A stretch of 64,000 nucleotides of DNA from an uncultured Chloroflexia bacterium (lineage in GTDB: Bacteria; Chloroflexota; Limnocylindria; Limnocylindrales; CSP1-4), in the NCBI GenBank assembly GCA_963766735.1, contig CAVYBU010000006.1:64001-128000 (forward strand). Reading direction: 5' to 3'. Shown in pieces: positions 19,020 to 29,270 of the stretch (the first letter of the stretch is position 1; every line of letters begins with the position of its first letter). The notes below the pieces were generated by a model. It was not told the origin of the DNA. It was given only the letters and a program-made list of their open reading frames with translations, and made no database searches. Made by a program: the position numbers and the translations under genes.

Positions 19020-19466
19020 TCAGGCCCGGTCCGTCCTGGCCACGAGGTGCGGGAGGGCATCGGCTCGGTCGCCTCCTCCAGCTCGGGTGCGCCGGGCGGC
19101 AGGGAGAGGTCCCGGGTCCACGCCCGCCTCCTCCAGGCCCGACAGCGCGATGACCAGGAACACGATGGAGGCGAGGCCGCACGGGCCGAACCAGCCGATG
19201 AACGCGACCGTCAGCGGCTGGTAGCGCTCGCCAAGGAGCGCGATGGCGACCGGCACCATGCGGATCGCGGCGAGGCTCAGGACGGCGTAGGCGATTGCAG
19301 CCGGGTCCCACAGGCTGGTCAGGATCCTGCCGGCGACGGCGAGCCCGAAGTCGCACCACACCCCGATCGCCAGCAGGGAGCCTTGTGCCTCGGTGAAGTG
19401 GACGGCGTCCTCGTCGCGCTGTCGCGTTCCGGCCCCGAAGGCGAGGCCGCCGACGAAGGGGATGTC
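19020..19466 (-). pseudogene. C-terminal remnant of a CPA1 (NhaP-like) cation:proton antiporter
   Basis: Frame starts right after a TAG: FVGGLAFG...YAVLSLAAIRMVPVAIAL...IGWFGPCGLASIVF; no N-terminal half, and the tail loses the last TM helix. Confidence 0.75.
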
Positions 19467-19561
19467 CTAGGCTGGATCTCGCTGGATCCGCGCGACGGGC
19501 AAGTTCAGACCCATGGCGACCATCCCCGTCAACCGCCCAACCGTTGTTCGCGGGAGCGAGC

Positions 19562-19840
19562 TCAGAAGGGGGTGTCCCGCCCCGGGTCCATGTTCGAGCG
19601 CTCACGCACCGCATCGACGACGTCGCCCGGGCGATGCTGGGCATCCACCGGGGCCGGAGCGCCCTTGCCGCGGGACTTCCGCTTCCGGTCGCTCGTCAGC
19701 GCGCGAAGGCGCTCCTCGCTCGTCAGCGGGGCCTCGCCGGTGGGCGTGGACGGCGCCTCGGCTGCGCTCGTGGACGGTGCCTCGGCTGCGCTCGTGGGCG
19801 GTGCCTCGCCGGCCGGGCTGTCGGTGTGCTCATCGGTCAT
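19562..19840 (-). CDS. Small hypothetical protein with 8-aa (24-bp) TSAAEAPS repeats
   Basis: 92 aa, RBS GGAGG, ~4 degenerate 24-bp repeats at ~19722-19815. Confidence 0.55.
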   Translation of the reverse strand: MTDEHTDSPAGEAPPTSAAEAPSTSAAEAPSTPTGEAPLTSEERLRALTSDRKRKSRGKGAPAPVDAQHRPGDVVDAVRERSNMDPGRDTPF

Positions 19841-19907
19841 GGCCGCGTGCCTCCAGTTCGTGCATCGATATGGTCGCGGTCGCGATGCCGGGCTCAGGCC
19901 CGGCCGT

Positions 19908-20247
19908 CTGGCGCCGCGCCCGGTCACGATGCCGGGGCTCCGTACAGCGTGCCATACTCCGTCGATGGACCTCACATTCGTCGGCTGGATCGTCGTTGGC
20001 CTGATCGCAGGGTTGTTCTCCGGCGTCGTCGCCGGTGGCCGGACGCTCCAGGGCTGGATGCCGAGCCTCGCCATCGGCCTGGTGGCCGCGGTGATCGCGG
20101 GCTGGCTGCTGCTGAACGTCGTGGGGATGGACTCGATCACCAGCATCTGGGTTGCGGCGCTGTTCGCGACGGTCGTCGCGATCGTCCTCCGGCTGCTCAT
20201 CAAGACGGTCTCGTTCGGCGGCGACTGACGGCCGGCAGGCGGACGCC
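19908..20247 (+). repeat. ~340-bp direct repeat, copy 1 (promoter + GlsB/YeaQ gene)
   Basis: Aligns by eye with 29271-29611, including ~57 nt of upstream sequence. Confidence 0.9.
19965..20228 (+). CDS. GlsB/YeaQ/YmgE (transglycosylase-associated) family membrane protein, copy 1
   Basis: 87 aa, WIVVGLIAG, 3 TM; CATACT 6 nt before ATG. Confidence 0.8.
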   Translation: MDLTFVGWIVVGLIAGLFSGVVAGGRTLQGWMPSLAIGLVAAVIAGWLLLNVVGMDSITSIWVAALFATVVAIVLRLLIKTVSFGGD

Positions 20248-20323
20248 CAGCGGTGAACGTGTCGACCCACGGCCCGTTTGAGATGAGCCGCCGACGCACC
20301 GCGGGCGTGGCTATGCTCTTGCG

Positions 20324-22027
20324 ATGACGATCCCGGGCGTGCAGGCTGTCCGAACCTACCAACGCGCATGGCTGTCGAAGGACATCGTCGCGGGGCTGGT
20401 GCTCGCGAGCCTGCTGGTCCCTCAGGGCATGGCCTACGCGGAGCTGGCCGGGCTGCCTGCGATCACGGGTCTCTACACGTCCGTCCTGTGCCTGGTCGGC
20501 TACGCGGTGTTCGGGCCGTCCCGGATCCTCGTCCTCGGCCCGGACTCGGCGCTGGGCGGGATGATCGCCGCCACGGTCCTGCCGCTCGCGGCCGCCAACG
20601 GTGACCCGTCCACCGCCGTCGCCTATGCGTCCGTGCTCGCGCTGATGGTGGGCGCGTTCATGCTGATCGGGGCCCGCGCCGGTCTTGGCTTCATCGCCGA
20701 CCTGCTCTCCAAGCCGACCCAGATCGGCTACATGAACGGGCTCGCTCTCACGATCTTCATCGGCCAGCTGCCGAAGCTGTTCGGCTTCTCGACCGACGCG
20801 AGTGGCCTGATCGAGGAGACGCAAACCTTCGTGCAGGGTCTGGCCGCAGGCGAGGCCGTGCCCGCCGCGGTCGGCATCGGGTTGCTCAGCGTCGCGCTGA
20901 TGGTGATCCTGGGCCGCTTCCTACCGAAGGTGCCGGCCGTGCTGGTGGCGGTGATCGTCGCGATGGCGCTGTCCGCGGGCCTGGATCTTGCCGCGAGCGG
21001 GGTCAGCGTGGTTGGCGTGCTACCCAGCGGACTGCCGCCGTTCACCATCCCCAGGATGGGACTGGAAGACCTGCCGCTGCTGCTCGCGGGTGCCCTGGGC
21101 ATCGCAGTGGTCTCGCTTGCCGACACGATCTCGGTCTCGTCGATCTTCGCCGGGCGAAGCGGGCAGGAGGTGCACGCCAACCAGGAGATGGTCGGGGTCG
21201 GCGCCGCCAACATCGCGGCCGGACTCTTCACCGGCTTCCCGATCAGCACGAGCTCATCGCGGACTGCGGTCGCGGAGCGGGCCGGGTCGAAGACCCAGCT
21301 GACGGGTCTCGTCGGTGCCGGGGTGATCCTCCTGATGCTGGTGTTCCTGCCCGGCCTGATGCAATGGCTCCCGCAGCCCACCCTCGCAGCCGTCGTGATC
21401 GTCGCGTCGATCTCGCTCGCCGACATCCCGGCGTGGCGCAGGCTGTGGCGACAGCGCAAGACCGAGTTCTGGCTGTCGTTGGCGGCGTTCCTGGGCGTGG
21501 CGCTCCTCGGCATCCTGCCGGGCATCGCCGTGGCGGTGACCCTGTCGATCCTGTGGGTGTTCCTGCAGGCGTGGAATCCGTACCGGACAACACTCGTCGA
21601 CGTCCCGGACGTCCCCGGCTACCACGACATCCGGATGTACCCGGAGGGTGAGCAGCTGCCGGGTCTCGTCATCTATCGCTTCGACGGCCCGCTCATCTTC
21701 GCCAACGCCAATACCTTCAGGAACGAGGTCCGGCATCTGCAGCACGCGGATCCGTCGCCCAGGTGGATCATCGTCGCTGCCGAGCCCATCACCTCGCTGG
21801 ACACGACCGCGGCGGAGATGCTTGAGGAGCTCGACAGAGAGCTCGACGCGAAGGGCATCAACCTCGTATTCGCCGAGATGAAGGACGCGGTACGCCAGGA
21901 GATCCGCCATTACGGCATGGACTGGCTGGCCAACCGCGACGCGTTCTACCCGACGATCGGCGCGGCGGTGAAGGCCTACCGCCAGTTCGCGGGGATCCCG
22001 AAGCCCGGCCGCCACTCCGGACCGTAG
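20324..22027 (+). CDS. sulP: SulP anion permease with STAS domain (paralog 2)
   Basis: DIVAGLVL..VPQGMAYAELAGLP, VLGPDS, SSSRT, STAS YRFDGPLIFANA; TATGCT -10 before ATG. Confidence 0.93.
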   Translation: MTIPGVQAVRTYQRAWLSKDIVAGLVLASLLVPQGMAYAELAGLPAITGLYTSVLCLVGYAVFGPSRILVLGPDSALGGMIAATVLPLAAANGDPSTAVAYASVLALMVGAFMLIGARAGLGFIADLLSKPTQIGYMNGLALTIFIGQLPKLFGFSTDASGLIEETQTFVQGLAAGEAVPAAVGIGLLSVALMVILGRFLPKVPAVLVAVIVAMALSAGLDLAASGVSVVGVLPSGLPPFTIPRMGLEDLPLLLAGALGIAVVSLADTISVSSIFAGRSGQEVHANQEMVGVGAANIAAGLFTGFPISTSSSRTAVAERAGSKTQLTGLVGAGVILLMLVFLPGLMQWLPQPTLAAVVIVASISLADIPAWRRLWRQRKTEFWLSLAAFLGVALLGILPGIAVAVTLSILWVFLQAWNPYRTTLVDVPDVPGYHDIRMYPEGEQLPGLVIYRFDGPLIFANANTFRNEVRHLQHADPSPRWIIVAAEPITSLDTTAAEMLEELDRELDAKGINLVFAEMKDAVRQEIRHYGMDWLANRDAFYPTIGAAVKAYRQFAGIPKPGRHSGP

Positions 22028-22196
22028 CCGGTGCGCGGCCCGGAGCCGGGCCGCCACCTCGGCCTGGAGCAGGCCCGCGGGGTGGAGTGGCACGGTCCGC
22101 GGGACCGGCGCCGGACATCCGAGGGACTTGCGCCGGGCAGGTGACACAGAAACGCCCGGCCGCACGCATGTGCGACCGGGCGTCGGATTGCCGGGG

Positions 22197-22601
22197 TCAG
22201 GCGGCCGGCGGCTCGGCCAGGTCGAACTGGGCCTTGATGTCGCTGCTGTTGAGGTACCAGATGATGAGCAGGGGCATGAGCGACATCCCGAGCCCGATGC
22301 CGGTGCCGGGGTACTGAAGCATGTAGAGGATCGCCGAGAACAAGGCCAGGCCGGCCACGACCATGGCCAGCATCCAGGCCCAAGGGCGCATCGACCACAG
22401 GCCGACCGCGGCCGCCAGCCAGAGGACGCCGCCGAGGACCGAGAGCCAGCCCCAGAGCGCGGCCGTCTCGAACGCCGGCAGGTCGCCCAGGGCACCGAAC
22501 CAGTCGAAGCCGATGAGCCGGAGCCCGAAGAACAGCCAGGCGAAGCCGGCGAGTGCGGCAAAGAAGCCGATGACCGAGATGAGAATGGGCGGGTTCTTCA
22601 T
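22197..22601 (-). CDS. Small 4-TM membrane protein (DUF2127/DUF7144-like)
   Basis: 134 aa; GLWSMRPWAWML...YLNSSDIKAQF; RBS GGGAG. Confidence 0.7.
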   Translation of the reverse strand: MKNPPILISVIGFFAALAGFAWLFFGLRLIGFDWFGALGDLPAFETAALWGWLSVLGGVLWLAAAVGLWSMRPWAWMLAMVVAGLALFSAILYMLQYPGTGIGLGMSLMPLLIIWYLNSSDIKAQFDLAEPPAA

Positions 22602-22746
22602 GCGAGTTTCTCCCTCACGAGTCGTGGTTGCGAGTGCATTGGGCTGATGTCGTGGGCTTCGGGGTCCGAGCGGGCGATATTCCCTCCGCTTCTGGGATGT
22701 CGTTCACTTGCCTTCACATCATTGCGCGCAATGCGTGCGAATACAA

Positions 22747-25654
22747 CTATCCACCGGCACCCGCGCCGATGCCCGCCTGCTGGGTGGCCTGGTGCACCGC
22801 CTGCTCGTCGGCCTGGCTCATCGGCTTGAGGTCGAAGACGACGTTCCGCAGGGTGCCGGTGAAGGCGTACGGCGCCTTGTCCTCGTAGGCGTCGTCCACG
22901 ACGCCGCCGTTGTCGCGACCCATGTCCATGCCGGCGTAGGTCGTGAACAGCATGGAGCAGGTGCGGTCGAGGCGACCCTCGCCGATCTGCTTCCCGTTCG
23001 CCCAGAGGGTGACGCCGCCGCCGGAGCCCGGCTTCGGCTCGTCGGCCTCGAACAGCATCTTCACCAAGACGTCGCCGGTCGGGATCGGCTCGGCCGAGAC
23101 CTGCTTGTACGTCTCGATGCCCAGGAACTGGTACGTGTGGTTGAGGTGGCCCTTCTCATCCACCCAGAGCGAGAAGCCACCGATGAAGTCGGCGAAGGCG
23201 CACAGGACGCCCTCGGCGCCGGCCTCGGGCACGTGGATGTCGGCCTCGATGGAGTACGACCGCCCGTAGATCCGTGGGATCACCGTGGTCGAGACGTTCT
23301 GGACATCGCCCGCGAAGGTATGGCGCGTGGCCGTGGGCATCGGGGGCAGGATGCCGAAGAACACGGCCATGCCGCCGAGCAGCGGCAGCGCGCGGTTGCG
23401 CTCGGCTTCCTTCCAGAACAGCTCCCGCATCTCGGCGAGCTTCTCGGGCTGCTCGGCCGCCAGGTCGTGGGCCTGGCTGAAATCGTCGGGCAGGTAGTAC
23501 AGCTCCCAGGAGTCCTGGTCGGGGTCGTACCCGCTGCCCGGCCTGAACCTGGCGAGCGTCGCCGGCGAGAAGTCCCACGGCAGCTTGTCCAGCCGGGCGC
23601 ATGCCCACCAGCCGTCCTTGTAGATGGCGCGGCTGCCGTACATCTCGAAGTACTGGACCGTGTGCCGCTCCGCGGCGCCCGGGTCTTCCAGCGTGTACGA
23701 GAAGGGCGTGCCGTCCATCGGCTCCTGCTCGATCCCGTCCACCACGGTGGGCTCCGGGATGCCGACCAGGTCGAGGACCGTCGGCGCGATGTCGATGCAG
23801 TGGGTGAACTGCGTCCGCAGATCGCCCCCGCTCTTGATGTGCCCCGGCCACGCGATGACCATCGGGTCGCGGTCGCCGCCGAGGTGGCTCGCCATCTGCT
23901 TGCCCCACTGGAACGGCGTGTTCTGGGCGTGCGCCCAGGCCGCCGCGAAGTGAGGGGCGCTGTGGAAGCCACCCAGGCCCTCCAGGCCGCCGAACTTCTC
24001 GATCAGCTCCAGCTGCTGCTCGGCGTCGAGCACGACGCCGTTGAAGAACGTCGTCTCGTTGAAGGACCCGGTGATCGTCCCCTCCATCGAGGCGCCGTTG
24101 TCGCCCCAGATGTAGATGACCAGCGTGTTGTCGAGCTCGCCCATCTCCTCGACCGCGTCGACGAGGCGGCCGACGTTCCAGTCGGTGTTCTCGGAGAAGC
24201 CGGCGAACACCTCCATCTGGCGGGCATACAGCTTCTTCTCGGCGTCGCCCAGGGTGTCCCACGCGGGGTACGCCTCGGGGCGCGGGGCCAGGTCGGTCTC
24301 CGGCGGAACGATCCCGAGCTTCTTCTGGCGCTCGAGGGTGCGGTCGCGGTAGGCGTCCCAACCGTCGTCGAACTGGCCCTTGTACTTGTCCGCCCACTCC
24401 CTGGCGACGTGGTGGGGGGCGTGCGTCGCACCGGTCGAGTAGTACAGGAACCAGGGCTTCTGGCGGGTCATGGGCCCGCACGGCGTGCAGCCACTCGACG
24501 GACTTGTCCGTGATGTCGTCGGGGAAGTAGTAGAGCTTCCCATCCTTGCCCTCGGGCACGCCGACGACCGAGTTGTCCTGGGTGATGATCGGGTCGTACT
24601 GGCCGGCCGCCCCGGTCAGGAACCCCCACCAGTGGTCGAAGCCCCAGGCCTGCGGCCAGTGCTCGAACGGCCCCGCGGGGCCCATCTCGCGCCCCGGCGT
24701 CATATGCCACTTGCCGAAGCCGCCCGTGATGTAGCCGTTCTCCTTGAGGATCCTGGGCAGGGCCGTGCAGCTTCGCGGCCGCGTCCCCGTGTAGCCCGGG
24801 AACGGACCGGGGAACTCCGCGATCCCGCCCATGCCCACGCGGTGGTGGTTGCGTCCGGTGAGAAGCGCCGCGCGGGTCGGCGAGCAGACGGCGGTCACGT
24901 GGAAGCGGTTGTAGGTCAGACCCATCTGCTGGATGCGCGACAGGGTCGGCGTCCGCAGCTCGCCGCCGAACGTCTCGGGACCACCGAAGCCGGCGTCGTC
25001 CACGAGCACGATCAGGACGTTCGGGGCCCCATCCGGCGCCTTGGGCCCGGGGATCATCGACCAGTCGCCGACGGACGTGTCCATCGTCCGGCCGACCACG
25101 CCCCCGAAGTTCCGGTCAGGGATCGGCAGCACGGTCCGATCCTGGCTGAACTTGCCCATCGCCTCGGCGAGGGAATCCTTCAAGGCGGCCGTGCCCGACT
25201 TCTCCGTCTGGACAACGGAGCGCACGAGCGCCCCGGCCAGGATCTGCTGGACGGCGAGGGCCTGGTCCTCCTCGAACATCGCAAGGATGGCGGCGGTGCC
25301 GGGCTTGAGCGCCTCGCCGATCTTGTCGTGGAGGCCCGTCTCCATCTTGTGCTTCGCGAAGCGCCCGGCGATTCCGCCCGCCGCGGCCCCAACGACGGTG
25401 GCTGCGAGCAGCGGGGGAGCGGCAAGACCCACGAGGAAGCCGACCGAGCCGCCGTAGCCGAGCCCCTTGCGGCCGAGGTGGTCGCCGGTCTGCTGGACGA
25501 TGACGTTGTCGTCCTTGTCGTGGCTGACGAGGATCGCGCCCTCGATGCTGACCTTCTTCGCCTTCACCGCGGCGACGAGGTCGTCGAATTCCTTCGTGGC
25601 GGTGTCGACGCTCGGGTACCCCGCAACCAGGACGTCGGTCAACTCGTGAGCCAT
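22747..25654 (-). pseudogene. Arylsulfatase (Cys-type) with N-terminal DUF1269 domain; split by a 1-nt frameshift near 24465 (real lesion or sequencing error)
   Basis: APNVLIVLVDDAG, CSPTRAALLTGR, GKWH in ORF 23156..25672; continues as QKPWFLYYSTGATHAPHH, GDNG, QYFEMYG in ORF 22747..24543. Confidence 0.88.
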
Positions 25655-25860
25655 GAGGTCGTCTCCCGTCAACGCTGTCCCGCCCAGCCCGCTGCCCAGG
25701 ACGGGAGCTGATCATCATCGACAAGCCGGGCAGGGCCCTCCTGCCAGGCGCCGCAACCAGTCCAGATTACATCCCTGATCCGGGGCATCGAACATCGAAC
25801 CCCGCGGATGATGCGGCGACCTGGGAGCGGGCCCCTGGCGCACCGGGACCGACTGATCGG

Positions 25861-26529
25861 CTACCGCCCCGGCCTGGATGCGCGGACCCGGTTCTGACCC
25901 AGGCGGATGAGCGGCAGCGCCAGCATCAGGGCGGTGGCCACCACGTAGAGGCCGACGGCGACGGGCGGAGCGACCAGGGCGCATGCGACCGCGATGATCC
26001 ATATCCCGATCGAGATCCTTCGTTGGCGGGCCATCGCCGCCAGCTCCTCATCGGCGACGTCGTCGATCAGCAGCGTCCGTTCACGAGCAAGGTGGGCCAT
26101 CAGGAAGGTCAGCAACAGCGATGCGACCAGCACGTTGATCCCGTAGATGAGCACCGCGACCTGGACATCGGGGCCGGCCAGGTGGCTCACCATCAGGCTG
26201 GTCGTGAACGGGAGCACGGCCACGAAGAGCAGGAACAGGAGGTTGAAGCTGAACGCGAGGGTGTCGCCGCGCTTCATGAGCCTCGTCATCCGGGTATGGG
26301 TGATCCAGTTGCCGCCGATGAAGGCGAAGCTGATGAGGTAGCCGAGGTACTCCGGCCACTGTTCGACCAGGGTCGGGAGCAATGGCTCGGGTCCGACCGG
26401 GACCGTCAGCTCCAGCACGAGCAGGGTGATCGCGATCGCGAACACGCCGTCAGAGAAGGCGTTGAAGCGGTCCAGAGGCAGTTCGTCGGCCGGGCGGGGC
26501 GCTCCGGCGCCGGAGTCTCGATCAGACAC
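25861..26529 (-). CDS. TMEM175/DUF1211 family potassium channel
   Basis: RFNAFSDGVFAIAITLLVL signature, W..H, LPF; RBS GGAGGAG before GTG. Confidence 0.9.
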   Translation of the reverse strand: MSDRDSGAGAPRPADELPLDRFNAFSDGVFAIAITLLVLELTVPVGPEPLLPTLVEQWPEYLGYLISFAFIGGNWITHTRMTRLMKRGDTLAFSFNLLFLLFVAVLPFTTSLMVSHLAGPDVQVAVLIYGINVLVASLLLTFLMAHLARERTLLIDDVADEELAAMARQRRISIGIWIIAVACALVAPPVAVGLYVVATALMLALPLIRLGQNRVRASRPGR

Positions 26530-26567
26530 TGTCGCTCCTCCATCTCGCCGGCCTTCCAGCAACGAGG

Positions 26568-26598
26568 CGAGAACCCGGGCTGGGCGCCCGGGTTCTCG
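26568..26598 (-). terminator. Intergenic hairpin (13-bp perfect stem)
   Basis: CGAGAACCCGGGC-TGGGC-GCCCGGGTTCTCG between two co-oriented genes; no U-tract, so a terminator role is unproven. Confidence 0.5.
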
Positions 26599-26648
26599 AT
26601 CCTGTCAACCGGACCCGGGGGCCCAGCCGGCCAGTTGCTCCGTTGATC

Positions 26649-27620
26649 CTAGGCCTGGGCGTCCTCGGCTTCCTCGATCGCGACCTCCTCGGCGTCGCGC
26701 GACATGGAGACGACGTCCTCGGCCTCCTCGATCGCGACCTCTTCGACCTCGCGGGCGAGCGACACGACGTCCTCCGCCTCCTCGATCGCCGATTCCTCGA
26801 CGTCCGCGGACAGCGCCACGACTGCCTCCGCCTCCTCGACGGCGGCCTCCTCGACCTCGATGGCCAGCGCCACGACCTCCGCGGCCTCCTCCATGGCGGC
26901 CTCTTCGATCAGCTCGGCAGCGAACAGCGTGTCGATGACGTCCTCGGCGGCGGCGTCCTCGATCGCCAGCGCCATTGCGACGACGTCGGCGGCCTCGGCG
27001 ATGGCGGCCTCCTCGACGAGCTCCGCCATGACCAGGGTCCGGGCGATGTCCATCGCGGCCATCACCTTGATGGCCTCGGCCGCCTCGATGGCCTCCTCGG
27101 CCTCCATCCTGACCCGCAGCTCCTCGCCGACGAGGGCCAGGGCGTCGGGCGAGATCATCGCCTGCATGAGCGAACGCCCCCCGGCCTCGCCGATCGCGTC
27201 GCGCAGGCTTGCCGCCCAGTGGTGCTCGATCACGAGGATCGCGGCCGCCCCGCCGGCGGGAATGCTCTCGGCAAGCTCCTTCATGCGGTCCACGCCGAGG
27301 CCGGCGTCCCGCTCGGCCACGGCAAGCGCGCCCAGGATCTCGCCCTCGACCATGCCCTCGACGCCGCCCTCGTGCAGGCCGATGAGGCCGCCCGCGATCG
27401 CGCCCAGGCGCATCCGCTCGTTCTCGGACAGGTCGGTCATGTGCATCGAGTTCTCGATGCTGCCGTGCCTGTCCTTCTGGACGAACAGGATGTCCACGAT
27501 CCGGATCACGCCGCGCTTCCGTGCCCGGCGCAGCTCGGCCATGATCTTGCCGGTGGCCTCGAACTTGTCGAACCCGATCACGAACACCTGGATCGGGCCC
27601 GTCACGTGCTTCTCGCTCAT
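26649..27620 (-). CDS. DUF6325/DUF1269-like protein with acidic 18-aa repeat tail
   Basis: GPIQVFVIGF, IRIVDILFVQK, AILVIEHHWA N-domain; ~7-8 repeats like VAIEEAEDVVSMSRDAEE. Confidence 0.8.
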   Translation of the reverse strand: MSEKHVTGPIQVFVIGFDKFEATGKIMAELRRARKRGVIRIVDILFVQKDRHGSIENSMHMTDLSENERMRLGAIAGGLIGLHEGGVEGMVEGEILGALAVAERDAGLGVDRMKELAESIPAGGAAAILVIEHHWAASLRDAIGEAGGRSLMQAMISPDALALVGEELRVRMEAEEAIEAAEAIKVMAAMDIARTLVMAELVEEAAIAEAADVVAMALAIEDAAAEDVIDTLFAAELIEEAAMEEAAEVVALAIEVEEAAVEEAEAVVALSADVEESAIEEAEDVVSLAREVEEVAIEEAEDVVSMSRDAEEVAIEEAEDAQA

Positions 27621-27693
27621 GTTGCCTGCTCTCCTGTGCTGACGATCGCGGGTGGTTGCCCCTGCGCGCGGCTCTCTCGGGGTCCGGATGATA

Positions 27694-27759
27694 TCGAGCC
27701 CGGGCCGACGATCGACCCGGGCTCGATGATTCGCGTGTTGCGGTGCCCGGATCAGCCGG
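27694..27759 (-). repeat. Structured intergenic element, copy 2
   Basis: TCGAGCCCGGGCCGACGATCGACCCGGGCTCGA plus CCGGATCAGCCGG at 27747-27759; matches 11325-11393. Confidence 0.75.
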
Positions 27760-28378
27760 CGGCGGGTGCCCCACCCTCAGCGGCATCAGCGGCGGCCGCG
27801 GCGGCCTTGATCGCGTCCGCGGCTTCCTCGTCAACCGGGACCGCCTTGACCTCCTCGGCGTCCGGCATCTTGAGCCTGACGTCCTCGACGGCCGTTGCCG
27901 ACACGAGGCACAGGATGCCCGACGTGCCGGGGGTGATGACGTCGGTCAGCTGCTTCTCGACCTCCACCCGGTGGTAGAGGTTGCGGGCCTTGCCCGCAGC
28001 CGCGCCGGCGAAGCCCAGCGCAACGGCACCGCCGACGATCGTCGCCGGCAGGAAGATCCCGGCGACCACGCCGCCCACGATGCCCCACTTGAGGCCCTTG
28101 CGGGTGCTGTGCTCGGTCATCTTCTGGATGTGGATCCGGCCGTCGGCGTCGGCCTTGGCGACGAGGACGCCGTCGATCTCGAGCGAGCCGTCGATCTCGG
28201 CCGACTGGAGGTCCCGGTAGACACCGACGGCGGCGTTGGCGTCCGCGAAGCGGGCCACGATGAGGGCATGGTTGCCCTCGGCGGCGATGGCGGCCTCGGC
28301 GATCACGCCCTTGTCATCGGCCACCTGGGCAGCGACGACGACGACGTCCTCGGCCTGGGGGGTGGTCTCTTCGGTCAC
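27752..28378 (-). CDS. DUF1269 family protein
   Basis: IDGVLVAKADADGRIHI, glycine-zipper GLKWGIVGGVVAGIFLP...GAAAG, PGTSGIL; RBS AGGAGG. Confidence 0.82.
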   Translation of the reverse strand: MTEETTPQAEDVVVVAAQVADDKGVIAEAAIAAEGNHALIVARFADANAAVGVYRDLQSAEIDGSLEIDGVLVAKADADGRIHIQKMTEHSTRKGLKWGIVGGVVAGIFLPATIVGGAVALGFAGAAAGKARNLYHRVEVEKQLTDVITPGTSGILCLVSATAVEDVRLKMPDAEEVKAVPVDEEAADAIKAAAAAADAAEGGAPAAG

Positions 28379-28572
28379 GTGGAACCTCCTGTGGGCTGGG
28401 CGCCGTCCCTGGGAGCCGCGGTGAGATGCGGCGCGATCGGGATGATGTCGGCGCGGTGGGTCCGTCCACGGTCGCGTGGCGGACGCGCGGTTGCTGCGCA
28501 GATCGATGGTACGCGGTTTCCGGAGAGAGGCGATTCCGTGGAGGGGAACCCGGGCCCGCTGCCACGCTCGGG

Positions 28573-29244
28573 TCAGGGTTCGGAGGCCGGCACCCCAGCG
28601 GCAGGTCCCGGCAGGTCTCGCTCCAGCGCCCGGGTGAGCCGGACGAGCGTGGCGGCAAGTGCCACGAACGCCACACCCGCCAGCCAGCCGGCGAGGACGT
28701 CAGTCGGCCAGTGGACCCCGAGCGCGATCCTCGAGAGCCCGATGAGCACGGGGAGGATCACCGCGAGGATGAGCACTGCCCGGCGGACCGCGAGCGAGAG
28801 CCGGCTTCGCCAGGCGACGAGCGCCAGGATCCCGTAGGTCACCGTGCTGTTGAGGGTATGGCCGGAGGGAAAGCTGTAGCCGGGCGCCGACACCAGGGGG
28901 TTCGCCGTCGGCCTGGGCCGGGCCACGAGCTCCTTCACGACCTCCGTGAACAGCGCCCCGGCGATGAGCACCAGAGCGACGATGATCGCAAGGTGGACAC
29001 GCCGCGAGACCGCGGCGGCCAGAAAGAGCGCGATCCCGATCAGGACGAGGATCTCCGCGCCGAGGAACGTGCACGCCTCCCAGAACCCGACCGGGACGGG
29101 GAGGGACTGCAGGGCGGTCGCAAGCGGCTCGTCGAACGCAAGGCCGCCGCGACGGACGACCAGCATGCCAAGGACGAGGAAGGCGATCGCGCACGCGAGG
29201 CCCACCCAGGGCCAGGTGTCGCGGCGGGTTGGGCGCGGCGTCAT
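28573..29244 (-). CDS. PAP2 family membrane phosphatase
   Basis: KELVARPRP, SFPSGH, SRIALGVHWPTDV. Confidence 0.93.
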   Translation of the reverse strand: MTPRPTRRDTWPWVGLACAIAFLVLGMLVVRRGGLAFDEPLATALQSLPVPVGFWEACTFLGAEILVLIGIALFLAAAVSRRVHLAIIVALVLIAGALFTEVVKELVARPRPTANPLVSAPGYSFPSGHTLNSTVTYGILALVAWRSRLSLAVRRAVLILAVILPVLIGLSRIALGVHWPTDVLAGWLAGVAFVALAATLVRLTRALERDLPGPAAGVPASEP

Positions 29245-29270
29245 GGCGACGCAGCATAGGGGACACGGCG

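Noticed and set aside
26655-27070. 54-bp periodic repeats as CRISPR or a non-coding VNTR
   Set aside because: Degenerate, codon-structured repeats inside a CDS.
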